Source: Psilocybe cubensis (taxonomy: Eukaryota). From it: DNA of 64,000 nucleotides. The DNA lies in the NCBI GenBank assembly GCA_017499595.2, contig CM039003.1, positions 434,001 to 498,000 on the forward strand, in the 5' to 3' direction. Positions 39,358 through 51,735 of the stretch are shown here, piece by piece; the stretch's first letter is position 1; each line of letters begins with the position of its first letter. A program made the translations under genes and the position numbers. The notes under the pieces are model-generated. The model searched no databases. It saw nothing but the letters and a program-made list of their open reading frames with translations, and was not told the DNA's origin.

Positions 39358-42300
39358 CTAATGACCTTGCTTTTTTTCTAACTTTTGAATCTGCTGCCTG
39401 TTCCAAATCGAAAAGAAAACCCTCATGTACATCACTGCTCTGTCCTGTGACATATAGCTCACAGCCTTTCGAATCTTGGAAATCCCACTGTTTCCACATT
39501 CTGCAGCACTAGAATTTAGTCTGAGCAGATTTGGATTTTCTGCACAGTAAGATGAAAGAAAACAGGCTTCACCACATTTATGTTCACTTGAGTGAAATAT
39601 GTCGATGGCGAAGAGTGTGTCCTTGAAGAAGTCTGGTTCCCGTAACATGCAATAAGGCTGTAAAGCACAAGCAAAATCGTATACCACGACTTTTGGAGCC
39701 TTTTTCCAGCGTGTGAATATTGCCGAGAACACATCGTTTCTTCCCTCCGCCGCTCGGATACAGTGAAATCCATAGCAAATGCTATGGGTGCACCAAACAC
39801 ACATAATCCCGCCGGTTAGTCGCTTTTTTGAATAGGTGGAGTAGTATTTTCGGCATATGTCTTCGTCAATTTCTGCGCTTCCCAAGTCATATCCTGACTC
39901 GTATGGCAAATTTGGATATTGTGGACGGTCACGAATGGCCGGCATGGCGTAGCAACATCCTGTCTATTTAAAATCTCGTTTGAAATTTCATTTAACATTA
40001 TATGACAACTCACCTTGAGCCAATCATCCATAAATAAATTCTCTTGTAAAACATTGCTTACAACAGCAGGTCCATCGTGAACCTTTAATAGTGTGTAGAC
40101 CACAGTAACCCGGACGTATAGCCATTTACAGACCCCTAGAACCTGATTTGTGAGCGTCCCCATGGTAAGTTCATGCTTAATTAACAGATGGAGAGCCGGG
40201 ATATATCGCAGCAAATGAACATTGCTGAGATAAGGACGTCTGATGAATGTTCGAAGGTTGTCCAGGCAGGAAAATGCTATAAATTGCAGCACATTTTCAT
40301 CCGAAGACAGCTATAATTAAAGTTGTTATAATGAGTCGTTTAATATATGGAATACCGAAATACCTGGATGAAAAATTTGGAATACACATCATGCGCATTC
40401 CTTTTACCCAAAACAGTAGCCATCCCAAAGTGGATATCGAAGAGTTCTCCAACGGAAGGGTCCAGGGCCATCAATTTCCGGACTAGCTCGGGAATTTGAG
40501 TCAAGCGCTCAACCATTCGGCGGTTTCGTTCATACTTGGGGCTTCCCTCCGGATGAGTGGCGTCAGAAATGGTGGTTAATTGTGGCCCCTGCAGAATATA
40601 ACGAATTAAAAGGCGCAAGGAGCGGTTTGGAATGGCTTGCAGATTGGGTAACGGCCGGACATCTGGTCTAGAGATAGAATTCTCCCCTATTGTAGTCGGG
40701 GGACGTAGAGTTGGCATCAGGTTTTTGCGGCTAAATGACACCGTGACGCCGTCCCATATAGTTGAATCAGGGGTCGGGCCACAGGATGGGCATACCATGT
40801 CGGGTCCAAAGTCTATAAGTCGGGCGTAAGAGAACCAGCTCGATCGAAACAACTTCTCGTTTGCAAACGGAATAGGGGAGTTCCTTGCTTGGTATCGGCG
40901 AGAAACAGTCTGCACCCAGGAAATAAAAGGGGTTTCTGACGACGAAAATGCGCTGGTGTAATCATCAAGGAGCTCATGGGTGAACAAGCTCCGGTTATTG
41001 AAATTAAAAATCCCTTGTGAGCTACAATCTGGCCCAATACATCGATGGGTGCATTTACCGCATTTTTGCAACGTTATAACTGCTTTGAACGCCCGTGTAA
41101 GAGTATAAATGGTACACTCCTTTTCGATTGTAGGTTCAAGAGCTTTGAAACGCTCACGTGGGGTTGTACAACAGCAAGAATCATTCGTCGACAGGGAGAT
41201 AATCGTTGGAGGAATGTCAAATGTCACTCTTGGCATTGATGGAGGATCGGATGCGACTCTTGACCAGCCCGGCGGTGGGAGAGGGCGATATGAAACCGAT
41301 TCAGCAATACCTGCCATTGTACGCAGAGCCGTACCTATGAAGATAGGTTTGTAGTTAAGTACTCGAACCTTTCAATAGATAATCAAGCTTACCATTGTAT
41401 TGTAATCCTGTGTCGCCATCCTTGCCTACATTGTCGTCTTGAGCATCACAGTTGCCTGTCAAATATTGCTGCAATGTATGCCGCGCCGATACAATATGTG
41501 AGCACGAGGATGCCCCACTGTCCTTGTTGCATTTCCAAACTCCCGCTCTGGTGTCGTCTCCCTGATGTTCGACCACGGCACGGTTCTTGATTGTTGAAAA
41601 TCGAGTAAATGATGGTGTTGAGAAGTAATTCATGTACTGTCCATCTTTTATACTCTCGTGCCTTGAAAATAAGAAAGTTGTCTGATCTGTATCTACCAGG
41701 ATAGCATATGAACACGGTATGTTGAATCCATATCAAACAATCTAAGTTCTCACTACCTTTTTCTACCTCAAAAGCCTGGTTTTCCGAACCTACACCAGCA
41801 TTCTGATCAATGAAGCGTGAATGGAAACATGAACTTTGCCCATTGGCAGCCGGGCACAAACAAACAGAAGTGAAGATGCCGTCAATCTCCACTCGGAGTA
41901 CATGGTACCACAGCCGCTATTGATGTATGAGAGGGAAATTTAACTTTGCGAGAATCTGAAATGACTTACGGTTGATTCCCCCCTCAAAATATTCCACCCA
42001 TTTACCACAAATAACCGACTGGTCAGTTGAAACAGGCCGCATTCCTCTGCCAAAACAGCATCCAAGAAAAGCGAATAATTTTCATCAAAATTAGGCAGAA
42101 GTCGTGTATCTATGTCGTCATCTGTAGCTTCAAGCTCCTGATTTGAGGTTTCCAAAACATTGGGCTCGGGAAAATCAGTGAAAGTTGCTGGTGTTGATTG
42201 TTGGCCTGGCGTGTGTTCTGTGTTTTGTGCCTTCCCTTGCCGGTCAGCAACCTTGGTCCGCTTTACTGGACCTGAAACCTTTCTCTTTTTGCGAATTGGA

Positions 42301-42404
42301 GTAGTAATAAGTTCGCAGTCTTGGGGTTTAACAGGTGCATACTGGATTGTGGAGGGAGATTCTGGTGGAAGTGCGTATACAATCGGAGGAGGTGAGTCAT
42401 ACAT
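39358..42404 (-). CDS. KDZ-family transposase with SWIM-like fingers and a CxC4-like cysteine cluster
   Basis: CLC...CFH and C.K......CSH fingers; C..C....GPDC...GIFNFNN..LFTHELL; CP.CG..P...IWDGVT; TGGIMCVWCTHSICYGFH, EGRND, YDFAC, DIFH..HKC, NSSAAE catalytic-core motifs; multi-exon with no obvious lesion. Confidence 0.88.
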
Positions 42405-42454
42405 GTTACTTGGAAGAGACAGTGAGTGCCGGCGGGTATAGCGTGTGCGACCTA

Positions 42455-42640
42455 CAGCACACTTAAATTATGGCTGTGAGCGCAGTTTTGATATCCTTGT
42501 CCAGCACTTACAATGTTGCCTGTGAACCATTTTCATATGGTTATCCAGCCCCTAAGATGTTGCGTGTGAGCTATTTTATATGCTTGGCCAGCGCTTGAAA
42601 GTATGTTTGTGACCTCATTTTCACTTCCTGGTCAGAAAGA
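42455..42640. repeat. Four degenerate ~44-bp tandem repeats between the divergent transposase and first cargo gene
   Basis: TGTGA...TTTT.ATAT.....CCAGC.C.T units spaced 46, 44 and 43 bp. Confidence 0.65.
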
Positions 42641-42803
42641 CGATATCATCCGAAGTTTTTTTAGCAGATCAACAAATCCGGCAGAGTACAAGGTTAGACA
42701 TGGGGCAGAAAATCCTTCCATAAGATCATTTTGGCGTATTATTTAAGGTTGTTCCATTCCGAAATTCTACGGTGTGTTCCCCACTCTCCTTCCTTCTCAT
42801 ACA

Positions 42804-44098
42804 ATGGGTCGCAAAGAGTCTAGTCTCATTACCAAGAGAAAGGTAGTTTCTACTGACTGTCTATAATGTTCATGCTAACAGATATGACAGAAACAATTTT
42901 CCAATGCCGCTGCAGCCTCTAGAACACCACCTCGTGCCTCCAAACGGAAGACAGTATGTTCATCTCCTAGATGCATGCTCTGCCACTGCTCTGAATACAG
43001 TGCTCGCTGGGTATAGACGTCAACACCTATTGAGCCCCAACGTCAGGCCCAGAAGTGCCAGAAGTGTCCTGGGAGGCCTCTTCGAGCCCAATGCGAGCAT
43101 ACCAAGCGCGGAAAGGAGTATCTGGCGCGTCAAGCTGCATTAAATGTGAGTTTTTCTTTAGATACTGTCCTATTATTTGCTTATGGCGTCGCAGGAACTT
43201 GAGGATGATTCGGACAATGAGTCCAGCTCAGACAGTTCCAACAGCAATGTCGGGCCTGGCCCCTCTACCTCACTGGCATTCAACAATGCAGGCCCTTCCA
43301 CTCCTGACATCTTTGCATCCGCGAGCACACCCGCATCACACAGTGTCGTTGCCACTCCCACCCCCGCATCAGCACGTTCTGGCAACATGGGTGTGCTCAC
43401 CTCATCGCATCTTGCCCAACTATCTGCTCGCACGGGAAGTACCACCAGTGCGAGCCTCTCATCAGCGTCCGCCTCATCTTCTCGTCAAGCGCGCCGCACC
43501 AGTGCCAGAGACCCATACAACGGCTTTGTTGAAGGAGCTTACCGTGGATCGGAAATCTATCGTGAGTGGTCTGGTCATTCTTAAAAATCACACTGGTTGT
43601 CTCTGAAATCCGATCTTTGGCTCCAGAAATTGTGCGCGGCCATGCGCTACCTTCACCTATTGCCGACAATACTCGGGCTGTACGGAGGTTTATGAGTACA
43701 ATCAACTCGATTGTCGAGAAGGTTGGGTTTTTTAAACTGCTGTAAAAACATTCTAAACTGATTGTTTTTAGTGCGAGGACTTGTCTAGACAAACTTCGTG
43801 TTGGCTTTTTATCGGTGCCCAGCACTCGACAGCTCGATCTCCCGCCATCAGTTATGCCTCACCACGCCTTCGTCGAGATGCTGCAGAGCAGGTAGGAAAT
43901 ATTGGGACTCAGTTTTCCAGTATCACTCGTAATTTGATTCAGGCCCGCACTTAGGAAAATGCGGACCTCCAACGCCAACTTGATCAATCTCGTCTTGACG
44001 CACAGCAAATGGCGCAATCATTGGAGAAAGCGGCTCAGACTCAGAAAGAGTTAGATAAACAGTTGAAGCGTTATCAGCGTATCCACGGCCTTCTTTAA
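42804..44098 (+). CDS. Cargo gene: CxxC-x7-CxH zinc finger, Ser/Thr linker, divergent MADS/SRF-like domain, coiled coil
   Basis: Spliced product MGRKESS...KCQKCPGRPLRAQCEH...RRFMSTINSIVEK|CEDLSRQTSCWLFIGAQHSTARSPAISYASP...; GT-AG introns; stop at 44096-44098. Confidence 0.65.
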
Positions 44099-44135
44099 CA
44101 TAGCCAGTCGTACACTATTTCATAGCCATATACCA

Positions 44136-44926
44136 TTAATCAGAATCAATCAGCGAATCATCCCTGTTTTCATCATCGGTCTCATCCTCGTCCTCGTCCC
44201 CCTCCTCCTCGGGATCAGGCCCGTCATCGAGATTGTTGTGCAGTCTACGGAGAAAATATTCGATCATATAGCAACTGGAGTCGGGGACGTCGGCACATTT
44301 GAAGATCATGTAATGGTCAAAATCCTCCGGCTCAATCGGTGCAAATGCATCGAATTCTTTCCAATCAAACCTCTTGGCTCCCAGTCTGACAGCCCGAAGA
44401 AGTGGAACCTCGGACGCCCGGGTCAAATGACAGAGATGAGAATCATCTCCATATACAAAGTGGCCATTTTTTGCTCGGATGTACCACATAAATGGTAGGC
44501 GAGGTGTAAGCTGAACAGTTCATTAATGGATATTGATAGGAACGGACAGAGCATTCATTACTTACTGATGAGAATACGTGGATATTGATGGTTGAACGTT
44601 GAACGCATTCGTCCCTTCGACAGTCAGGATTAGCGCAGAGTTCCATGCGAAAGGCTGTGATTCAAATTTCTTGGGTAGCTGGGGAGTAATATGCTGCACT
44701 GTCGTTCCTTGGGCTCCCCCAGATGTCCCTTTTTATGTTGTTTGGAATATCCTGTGTCAATGATTGCTCGGTACCTTCTTGTCCTAGCCACCAGGTCCCA
44801 CATGGCCATCCCAGTGCAGTCACAATCATGCATGATGAGTCGGCACATTCATCTATTTGCAATTTGCACTCATATGACACAAGCTGGGCACTCACACTAA
44901 GGCAATAAGCCCACAAAACCTCATGG
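44136..44926 (-). CDS. Cargo gene, hypothetical Cys/His-containing protein with acidic tail (5' exons unresolved)
   Basis: Convincing last exon WYIRAKNGHF...DDGPDPEEEGDEDEDETDD; upstream pieces such as CANPDC could not be joined confidently. Confidence 0.45.
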
Positions 44927-45546
44927 CGGGGCGCTTAACAAATACATAGACTTGACCCTACCAGCGCACTGGGTTTGGAATTAGTCTCAAAGCTATGAAG
45001 TATACTATAACCACAGATATCACCTTTGGAACTGACATCAATAAAAGGTGGTCCCACAATGACTATAAGGAGCTTTCTATGATGTCAAAGCGTGTGTCGG
45101 CGGCCATGCTGCGGAAAAACTCTAATTGCAATGCACCCAAAGACATGTTGCATTCCTGCGGGCATATGGGCCAAACACCCGAATTCATAAGCGAGAAGAA
45201 GCCAGTTAATCAGCCTTAATGAGCAGCTTGGCAAGCTGAAACTCAGCTTCAAGGTGGCCTGGTATTCCCTCTACTCTGACTGAAAGGCTATCTCAAGCTA
45301 GTAGACGTTTGTACGGTACAATCTTAGTGGTGTGCATTGATACACCTGAGTGCTATTTTTTGACAAAGTTAACCAATTGTGCCACAATCCCGGGAACAAT
45401 CACTGGCATTGTCGGAAATAGCCTGGCCTTGGTACGGGTCTAGAAGGGTCCAGCCCATCACGCGGTGTTCAAGCCGTCAGGTTATGTCAGACATGGTCTG
45501 TGCGTCACGTTCCAATATAGGCGGCAAATACGTGTCCACCAGGGCC

Positions 45547-45720
45547 GGTCGTATACATGATGAATGTGACCACCAACTTGTGCTTCAGGTAAGTACATCA
45601 TTCGATAGTCACAAACCGGGTCGCATACTAAGAATTTGTCCTGTTTGATAGTCACAAACCAGGTCGTATACTAAGAACTTGTTCTGTGAGGTCGCATACA
45701 TGCTGTAAGGTCGCATACCT
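45547..45720. repeat. 43-bp tandem duplication and five GGTCG(C/T)ATAC motifs
   Basis: GATAGTCACAAACC.GGTCG.ATACTAAGAA at 45604 and 45647; motif at 45547, 45619, 45662, 45690 and 45709. Confidence 0.8.
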
Positions 45721-45990
45721 GCTACCAGTTTGTACAGTATTTTTGTTGTCTGTGCCAATGTAATACATATGAAATGTACCAATTCCTTTTTATGTTTACC
45801 TATATCATAAAATGAGAATTATCCAGGGATATAGCCCGTGCAAAGCGACAAGGCCACGGCTTGAAATCAAACTGGCGTCAATTTGCTGTATTGCAAGCGA
45901 GCGCCTAATTAGAATAATTCGCAACCTGGCCATAAATCACACCCTGCCACTTGACCTCACCCTTACTTACACAATCTTCCTGCTTCTCTC

Positions 45991-46929
45991 ATGGAAGGAT
46001 CAGCCAGCTCCTGCCAAGTTGGTCCGGATGGGTTGACCAAACAGCAGAGATATTTGCAGAAGTAGGTCTCTCAATTGCTTTGGTTCTCTGACCTTTATTG
46101 ATTGCTTTACCCTTAGAAATCGGCAGAAAATCAATGCAAAGAATGCGGTCTGAAATCGTCTTCGCAGGCAGCAAGAGTCAGAGCTTCTAATCAGCCGTAT
46201 AGAACATAAAATCTAACTAAGTGAGCACAGGAAATTACTGAGGCAAGAAGAGGCCGAAATAGCAAACACCCTGGAGGTTGATAGCGAGGACGTTATTATT
46301 TCAGAGTCTAGGGTAGAACAACCTCAACGGGACAGTGCCAGTAAGTCTCAACTATCAAGTTTGGGGCAGCATATATATATATATTGAATAGCTATGTATA
46401 CTGCTACGGCAGTATCTGTGGATCAATCCACACAAACTGAACTTGGTGAGCCGTACTTTATATTCAATCGTGATTTACATCTGGTCCTGACCACTGTGAA
46501 GAAAACCCCGACCAGCCAAGGCCTGAGGGGTATTATACATCCCAGGAATATTATGCATCACAAGAGTTCGACGACTTGATGCATGAAAAGCTGATGAAAT
46601 TGGAGCGTCTGGATCGAGCAAAGAAGGCCGAGGAGGCTTTCGAGAAAGGTATTCAAGAATACGAAGATTTCTCCAAGGCCCTGAAACAACGATGGACCAT
46701 TCACTCAGGGTGGAAATACCCTCGACGATTTAAAGGCAGTAGATTGGAAGAGCGATGCCGACAGCTTCAAGGTTTCCTACAAGAGGCAGACGAGCTGAAT
46801 TGCAATCTTCTGCAAGAGACACCTCCCAGTGAGCCCGAATGGTTTGAAATATTTCTTCAGGTTCGCGAGATTGTAGCAAAACGAGGTCATCTACAAGTAG
46901 TATATCACACACTCATGGATACAGTGTAG
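45991..46929 (+). CDS. Cargo gene, hypothetical helical protein with basic N-terminal helix
   Basis: MEGSASSCQVGPDGLTKQQRYLQK|NRQKINAKNA..., several short exons, then a 117-codon helical last exon. Confidence 0.55.
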
Positions 46930-46973
46930 ACACCAATGTGATTGACTTGATTCAGTATGAAGTAGCGACCAAT

Positions 46974-48110
46974 TTACATGTTCTGGCAGTATCTACAAAG
47001 CTTGAGATACGTCTCAGGTGTATGCGCAATGCGCAAATTGCTGTCACCGGAGACCCTAACCACCTCACCAGCATCCACAAGCTGTAGAAACTTGTTAACG
47101 GCGTCGGTCCTAGTTGGGAGGGCTTTGGTTTGGGAACCACGAATCCCTTGGATGTTGAGATGCACAATGCTGCCTTGGGGGCGACTAAACAATAGGTAAG
47201 GTTCTGTTTGAGATAAAGGTTTGATTTCAACTTACTACGTCAAAGAAAAGATGCCTGGCTCCCGACCAACAATGACTAGGGTCCATGTTCCAACCTCAGG
47301 AGTTGCTATGCCACAAAATCAGTCATTGAAGCGGTGGAGAGCAGCAGATTGCACGTACATGGATCTTCAGGACGAAATCCAGTACAGGTGGATACATCTT
47401 CACGATTTAGCACGGTACGAACCGGGGGAACAACCTCTACCACCTCCCCACGCTCCAACGCCGAATAGAAATGGGCTTTAGCAATCAATTCCGATGGGCA
47501 AAACAGTGCATGACCACCAGAGATTCCGGTGTAATTATCAAGTGCGGCAGCCCTAAGAACAATGTTTTATAAGCATAACTGGATAGACACAATGAGTATG
47601 TACGTACCGTCCTTGAACTGGGCCAGGGCGGCGACCAACTACCACACTGTACCAGCGTTCCACCTCGGGGGGGAGAAAGTGTCCGGGACGTAAGCATGTT
47701 GTTCCAGCAACATGACAGGTGCAATCTACAACACCGTCAGTATATAGATCTTTTGAAGCATGTAGTGAGCTTACCTGAGTTCAAGACAGAAAGTTGTTTT
47801 TCCATCGCAGCGAGCGAGAAACATGTACACCCTGGATCAGAACAGATGAATAAGTCAGTTAATTTGCCAGCTATCATGCCTCCCACGTACTGTTTTTCGC
47901 AAGCTGAGACATAAGTCAAGGGTTGGGGAATTCAAGAAAGCGAAGTTGTAAGGGAAAGAGTGCTCCTGGCTGACGCCGCCAACGATGTATCCTTTAAGTT
48001 CCTGTGGTTCAGCAATGATGACCCATTCGGTCGTCCAAACGGGGATAATTTGTGGATCTTCTGATGGGAACCAAAGCGGGCACAGATGTCCATACGCCTT
48101 GAGGTCCGAT
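46974..48110 (-). CDS. Cargo gene with two tandem RNase H1 N-terminal (Cauli_VI)-like domains
   Basis: Spliced: ERWYSVVVGRRPGPVQGR|AAALDNYTGISGG...AKAHFYSALERGEV and TWTLVIVGREPGIF...NIQGIRGS...AVNKFLQLVDAGEV; start codon not resolved. Confidence 0.65.
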
Positions 48111-51100
48111 GAAGGTTCGCAAAATGCATGGCATCCGATGCATCGCTCAACATTGTCTTGGAGTCGAGACCATCCGAAGTAGTCCAGCGATAGAAGGTAA
48201 GAATTTCACATTCCGAATTGCTTCAGAAACTTTGCGAACTTCCGCTAGCATCAATCTTTACGTCGCGCAGCCAGAATTTTCTTTACGTCGTGCAGCCAGA
48301 ATTTATGGAGGGGGACCTTGGTGTGTTTTTGAATTGTTTCGCTGTACGGATTGGCCTACTTAACTGTTATTTTTAGCTATCGCAGCTGCCAATATTAGGC
48401 TGGAGACAGCGACTGCCGCCTGGCATCGCATTCACAAGAAACGCAGGGAGAATCGCCCTGCAAATTGGGAGGACATTCATAAGGAGTTCAAGGACGCCAA
48501 AGAATCATTGACCGCTCTTCTCAAAGGTAGGTCCCACTATGTATAATTCACCAATGAATCAACTAACCTTGTTGTCTATATCAAGATCGCAAAAGTAAAG
48601 AGATCAATCAAGAGACTCTCGACAGCGTTTCAAATCTGGAAACAACCGCAGGCTTCATGGTATGCTAGTTTTTGTATGAAAAAGTGTTCCTTATTGCCTC
48701 ATTTATTGCCCTTAGTCAACCAGCTCAGCGACCAGTTATTTAGCTGCTATAGTTGCATCCACTATCTCCAAGGTTCCTCTTGCGCCTGTGGAACAAACTA
48801 CGGGAGCCCCAGCTACTATTTTACAACCTAAGACATGGGATCGTACAATTGTAAGTCATTATTGTACTTGTGGATATGCTACTAATGCGACAAATTTTCT
48901 CATTCAGATCGATGAAAATCAAGTCGAGGAAACTATGCCAGCGGAGAAAGAGCCAGTGACCGGCCCTCCCAGAAAGGTCGGTAATCGCTATGTTAATATG
49001 CATTAGGCCACTCACTAACTGCTGATTTGCTTTAGGATGACGAACCTTGTGCGCCTACCAACAGTGTGGTGTACAAAGGCCCAGTGACGGAATCTGCTAT
49101 CAAGGTCAGTCATTACGGTGTTATATTTTCCATGGACAATGAATGAACTAAATATTTTACTCACCAATCACGTAGTCCACCGTTGATGATGCCAACATCG
49201 ATCCGGTTTTGAAAGCGCTCTCGCTACCGTCCCAGTCAGCCGACACGTCTATTCGCCATGAGATGACTATCGAGATATCTGGATTCCCGGCTGGAGTTGT
49301 TAATGCAGCAACGCCACCTCACCAGGATCTCATATCCGGCGACGCACGTCCAATTCAAATTGATTCCGGGAGGCGAGAAGCGTTGGGTTCAAATGGAGAA
49401 GCACCAATTTTGAATGTGAGTTTTACAGGACTGTATTGTGACGAACATGGACTCATTTGGAATCCAGATTGTGGGTGGGTCAACCATGTTCCCCATTCCT
49501 CCAAACCTTCAGAAGGAGTTAGACCAGTGCACCGCAGAGAGTTCAGGTCTCTTACAGAAGATTCACACACTAGAAGAAGAACTGTGTGCGCCAGCACAGC
49601 GCACAATGGACGAGATACGTTTGAAGCTGAGAGAGATTGACTCGGGCTATGCTGCTATTTACGCTGTTGAGAAAAGAGTCAGCGAAATACAAAACATTAT
49701 TGCTGAAGGAGAACGATCCTTTACTGCCAATGAACGACGCAAACATCTCCTCAAGAGGAAAGAGATCCTCGACAAGCAGCGAGATGAGGGCGAGGCGGAG
49801 TTCTCGAGGCTGACAGTGGCAGATCTTCCTGAGTATCAGCGGAAGAGAAATCTTCTCATGGCAGAGATCGATGCCGTCAAGCTAGAGCTTCAGCAACTGG
49901 CATCCTCCAAGTCCAAGAAAGCTTCAAAGGGAACAACCATTCGGTCAAAGTTTGCCAAGGCTTCTAGACAGGCTAGAATTACGAAATCTTCCGGCGGCGA
50001 CAAGGCATTTAGCAGGGCTAACACCACAGAAAACGGGTCTGGGGATGATGATGAATCGTCGTTGTCTGAGGGGTCATTTGAAGGTGATGGGGAGGGTAGC
50101 AAGTCCTCAAAGCGCAAATCGAGCACCAAATTCGATCCCACTATTGGCAGGAAGAGGACCAAGGCTCAGCGTCTCATGCTAGAGGTTGTTTACAGCGATG
50201 AGCTGAAGGAGGAGGAGGAGGCAAATGCGACGGGCCTTCGAGAGTTTAGGGTCGATGAGTGGGATTGTGAGGAAGATATGAAGGAGGAGGCCAATTGGGC
50301 AGCTATGACACCAATTCAGCGGGTTGAATATTGTGGTAAGCTGCCTCTCTTGTTGATTAGATTTTTCTTTGACTGATTTACTGCATTGTAGATGATATTG
50401 TGCGCTCTATTGCCCGCTTTCAGAAGACAGGAAACTTGCAGGATTTCCGTCCAAAATATCGTCGATCACTTCGTCATGTCCAATCTCTACTTCCTGAGAA
50501 GTGCTTCGAATCAAGACGCGTGGCTATCGCCATTCACATGACCTCGCATGGTAATCTCATCTGCCGTTTCCATAAAAGGTACCCGAAAACCAAATTTTTC
50601 GACAACGGACCAGGCCTTTACAGAGTTCGGGGAGTCCCTAAGAAACCCGTATATCGATACCGAGTCGAGGATGCAGCAACGCCCCTGAGGGAAACAGGTT
50701 ATATGTCATGCGGATGCTTGATTGACGATGTCTTGCTGGAGTTTTACTTTTGGAAGACTCTAACCATTTCATCGCCACTTCCATCGCTACAGGGGTTAGA
50801 GGAACCCATGAAAGGGGATGTCTTTGAGCCGCGGCATCGATCCTTCCTGATCAAAGTATTCAAAGAACAGTCTTTGCTCACAGCGGACGACATCTACGAC
50901 CCTAACCGACCCAGAGACATTCGCAAGTTTGAACGAGAGGTGAGATTGTTGGATTTGAGTATCACCAGGCTTGCGAAGAAGTGGGAAGAGAAGACGGGAA
51001 TTGAAATGAGGATAATTTTTCCGCAGAGAGAAGCAGAGCTGGAAAGGATGAGACGGGAGGCGGCTGAGGCAGCAACAAAGCAAGGTCAGGCTGGAGAGTC

Positions 51101-51119
51101 GAGCGCTATGTCCCAGTAA
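48109..51119 (+). CDS. Cargo gene, large coiled-coil protein with C-terminal Cys/His cluster
   Basis: Long exons 49438-50335 and 50392-51119 (coiled coil, K/S-rich linker, HGNLICRFH...SCGC..DDVLLEFYFWK); upstream short exons with GT-AG introns; start approximate. Confidence 0.65.
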
Positions 51120-51735
51120 TTAGCTTTTATATAGAGTTGAAATTTGTAGTGAGGAAATTTATTGGCATTCGAAGTAAACTTGTACTGTATAGACCAAGTA
51201 GACGACAATAAGATACTGGCTTTTTGCCACATGCAAAATTTTATGTGTTGACGATAATGTGGTACACGCAACATTTATAATCTGTATTGTATATTATGCC
51301 ATATGCAGGAGTTTAGCTGGACACTCAAATATTGTCTCATGCCACATTCTGTGGTTAACCAAGTTATATGGTGTATGCCACATTTTCGAGGTTAGGAAAG
51401 ATTTCTGGCATATGCCTGAGTTTAGCCACACGACCGTTCTCTCTTCATTTCTGTATTTCATCTGAATTTGATGAAGTCCATCGGCAAATGCCAGCCGGTA
51501 ACGCGGCATTTTGTTTCACTATCCGGGACATTCGTACCGCCTCACCACCACGGTTCCAGGCCATTGACAGCCTACCGCGTCGCGCAATATGGAGAATTTG
51601 AGGACTCCTTCGACGAAGGATACGATGCCGACGACGAAATGTAGGAATTAGCTTACCATGCATGGAGGGACACGTGAAATTGTTACCTGTAATAGTTGAA
51701 AAATCCAGTAATTGTTGGACATATTCCGCTACGGG

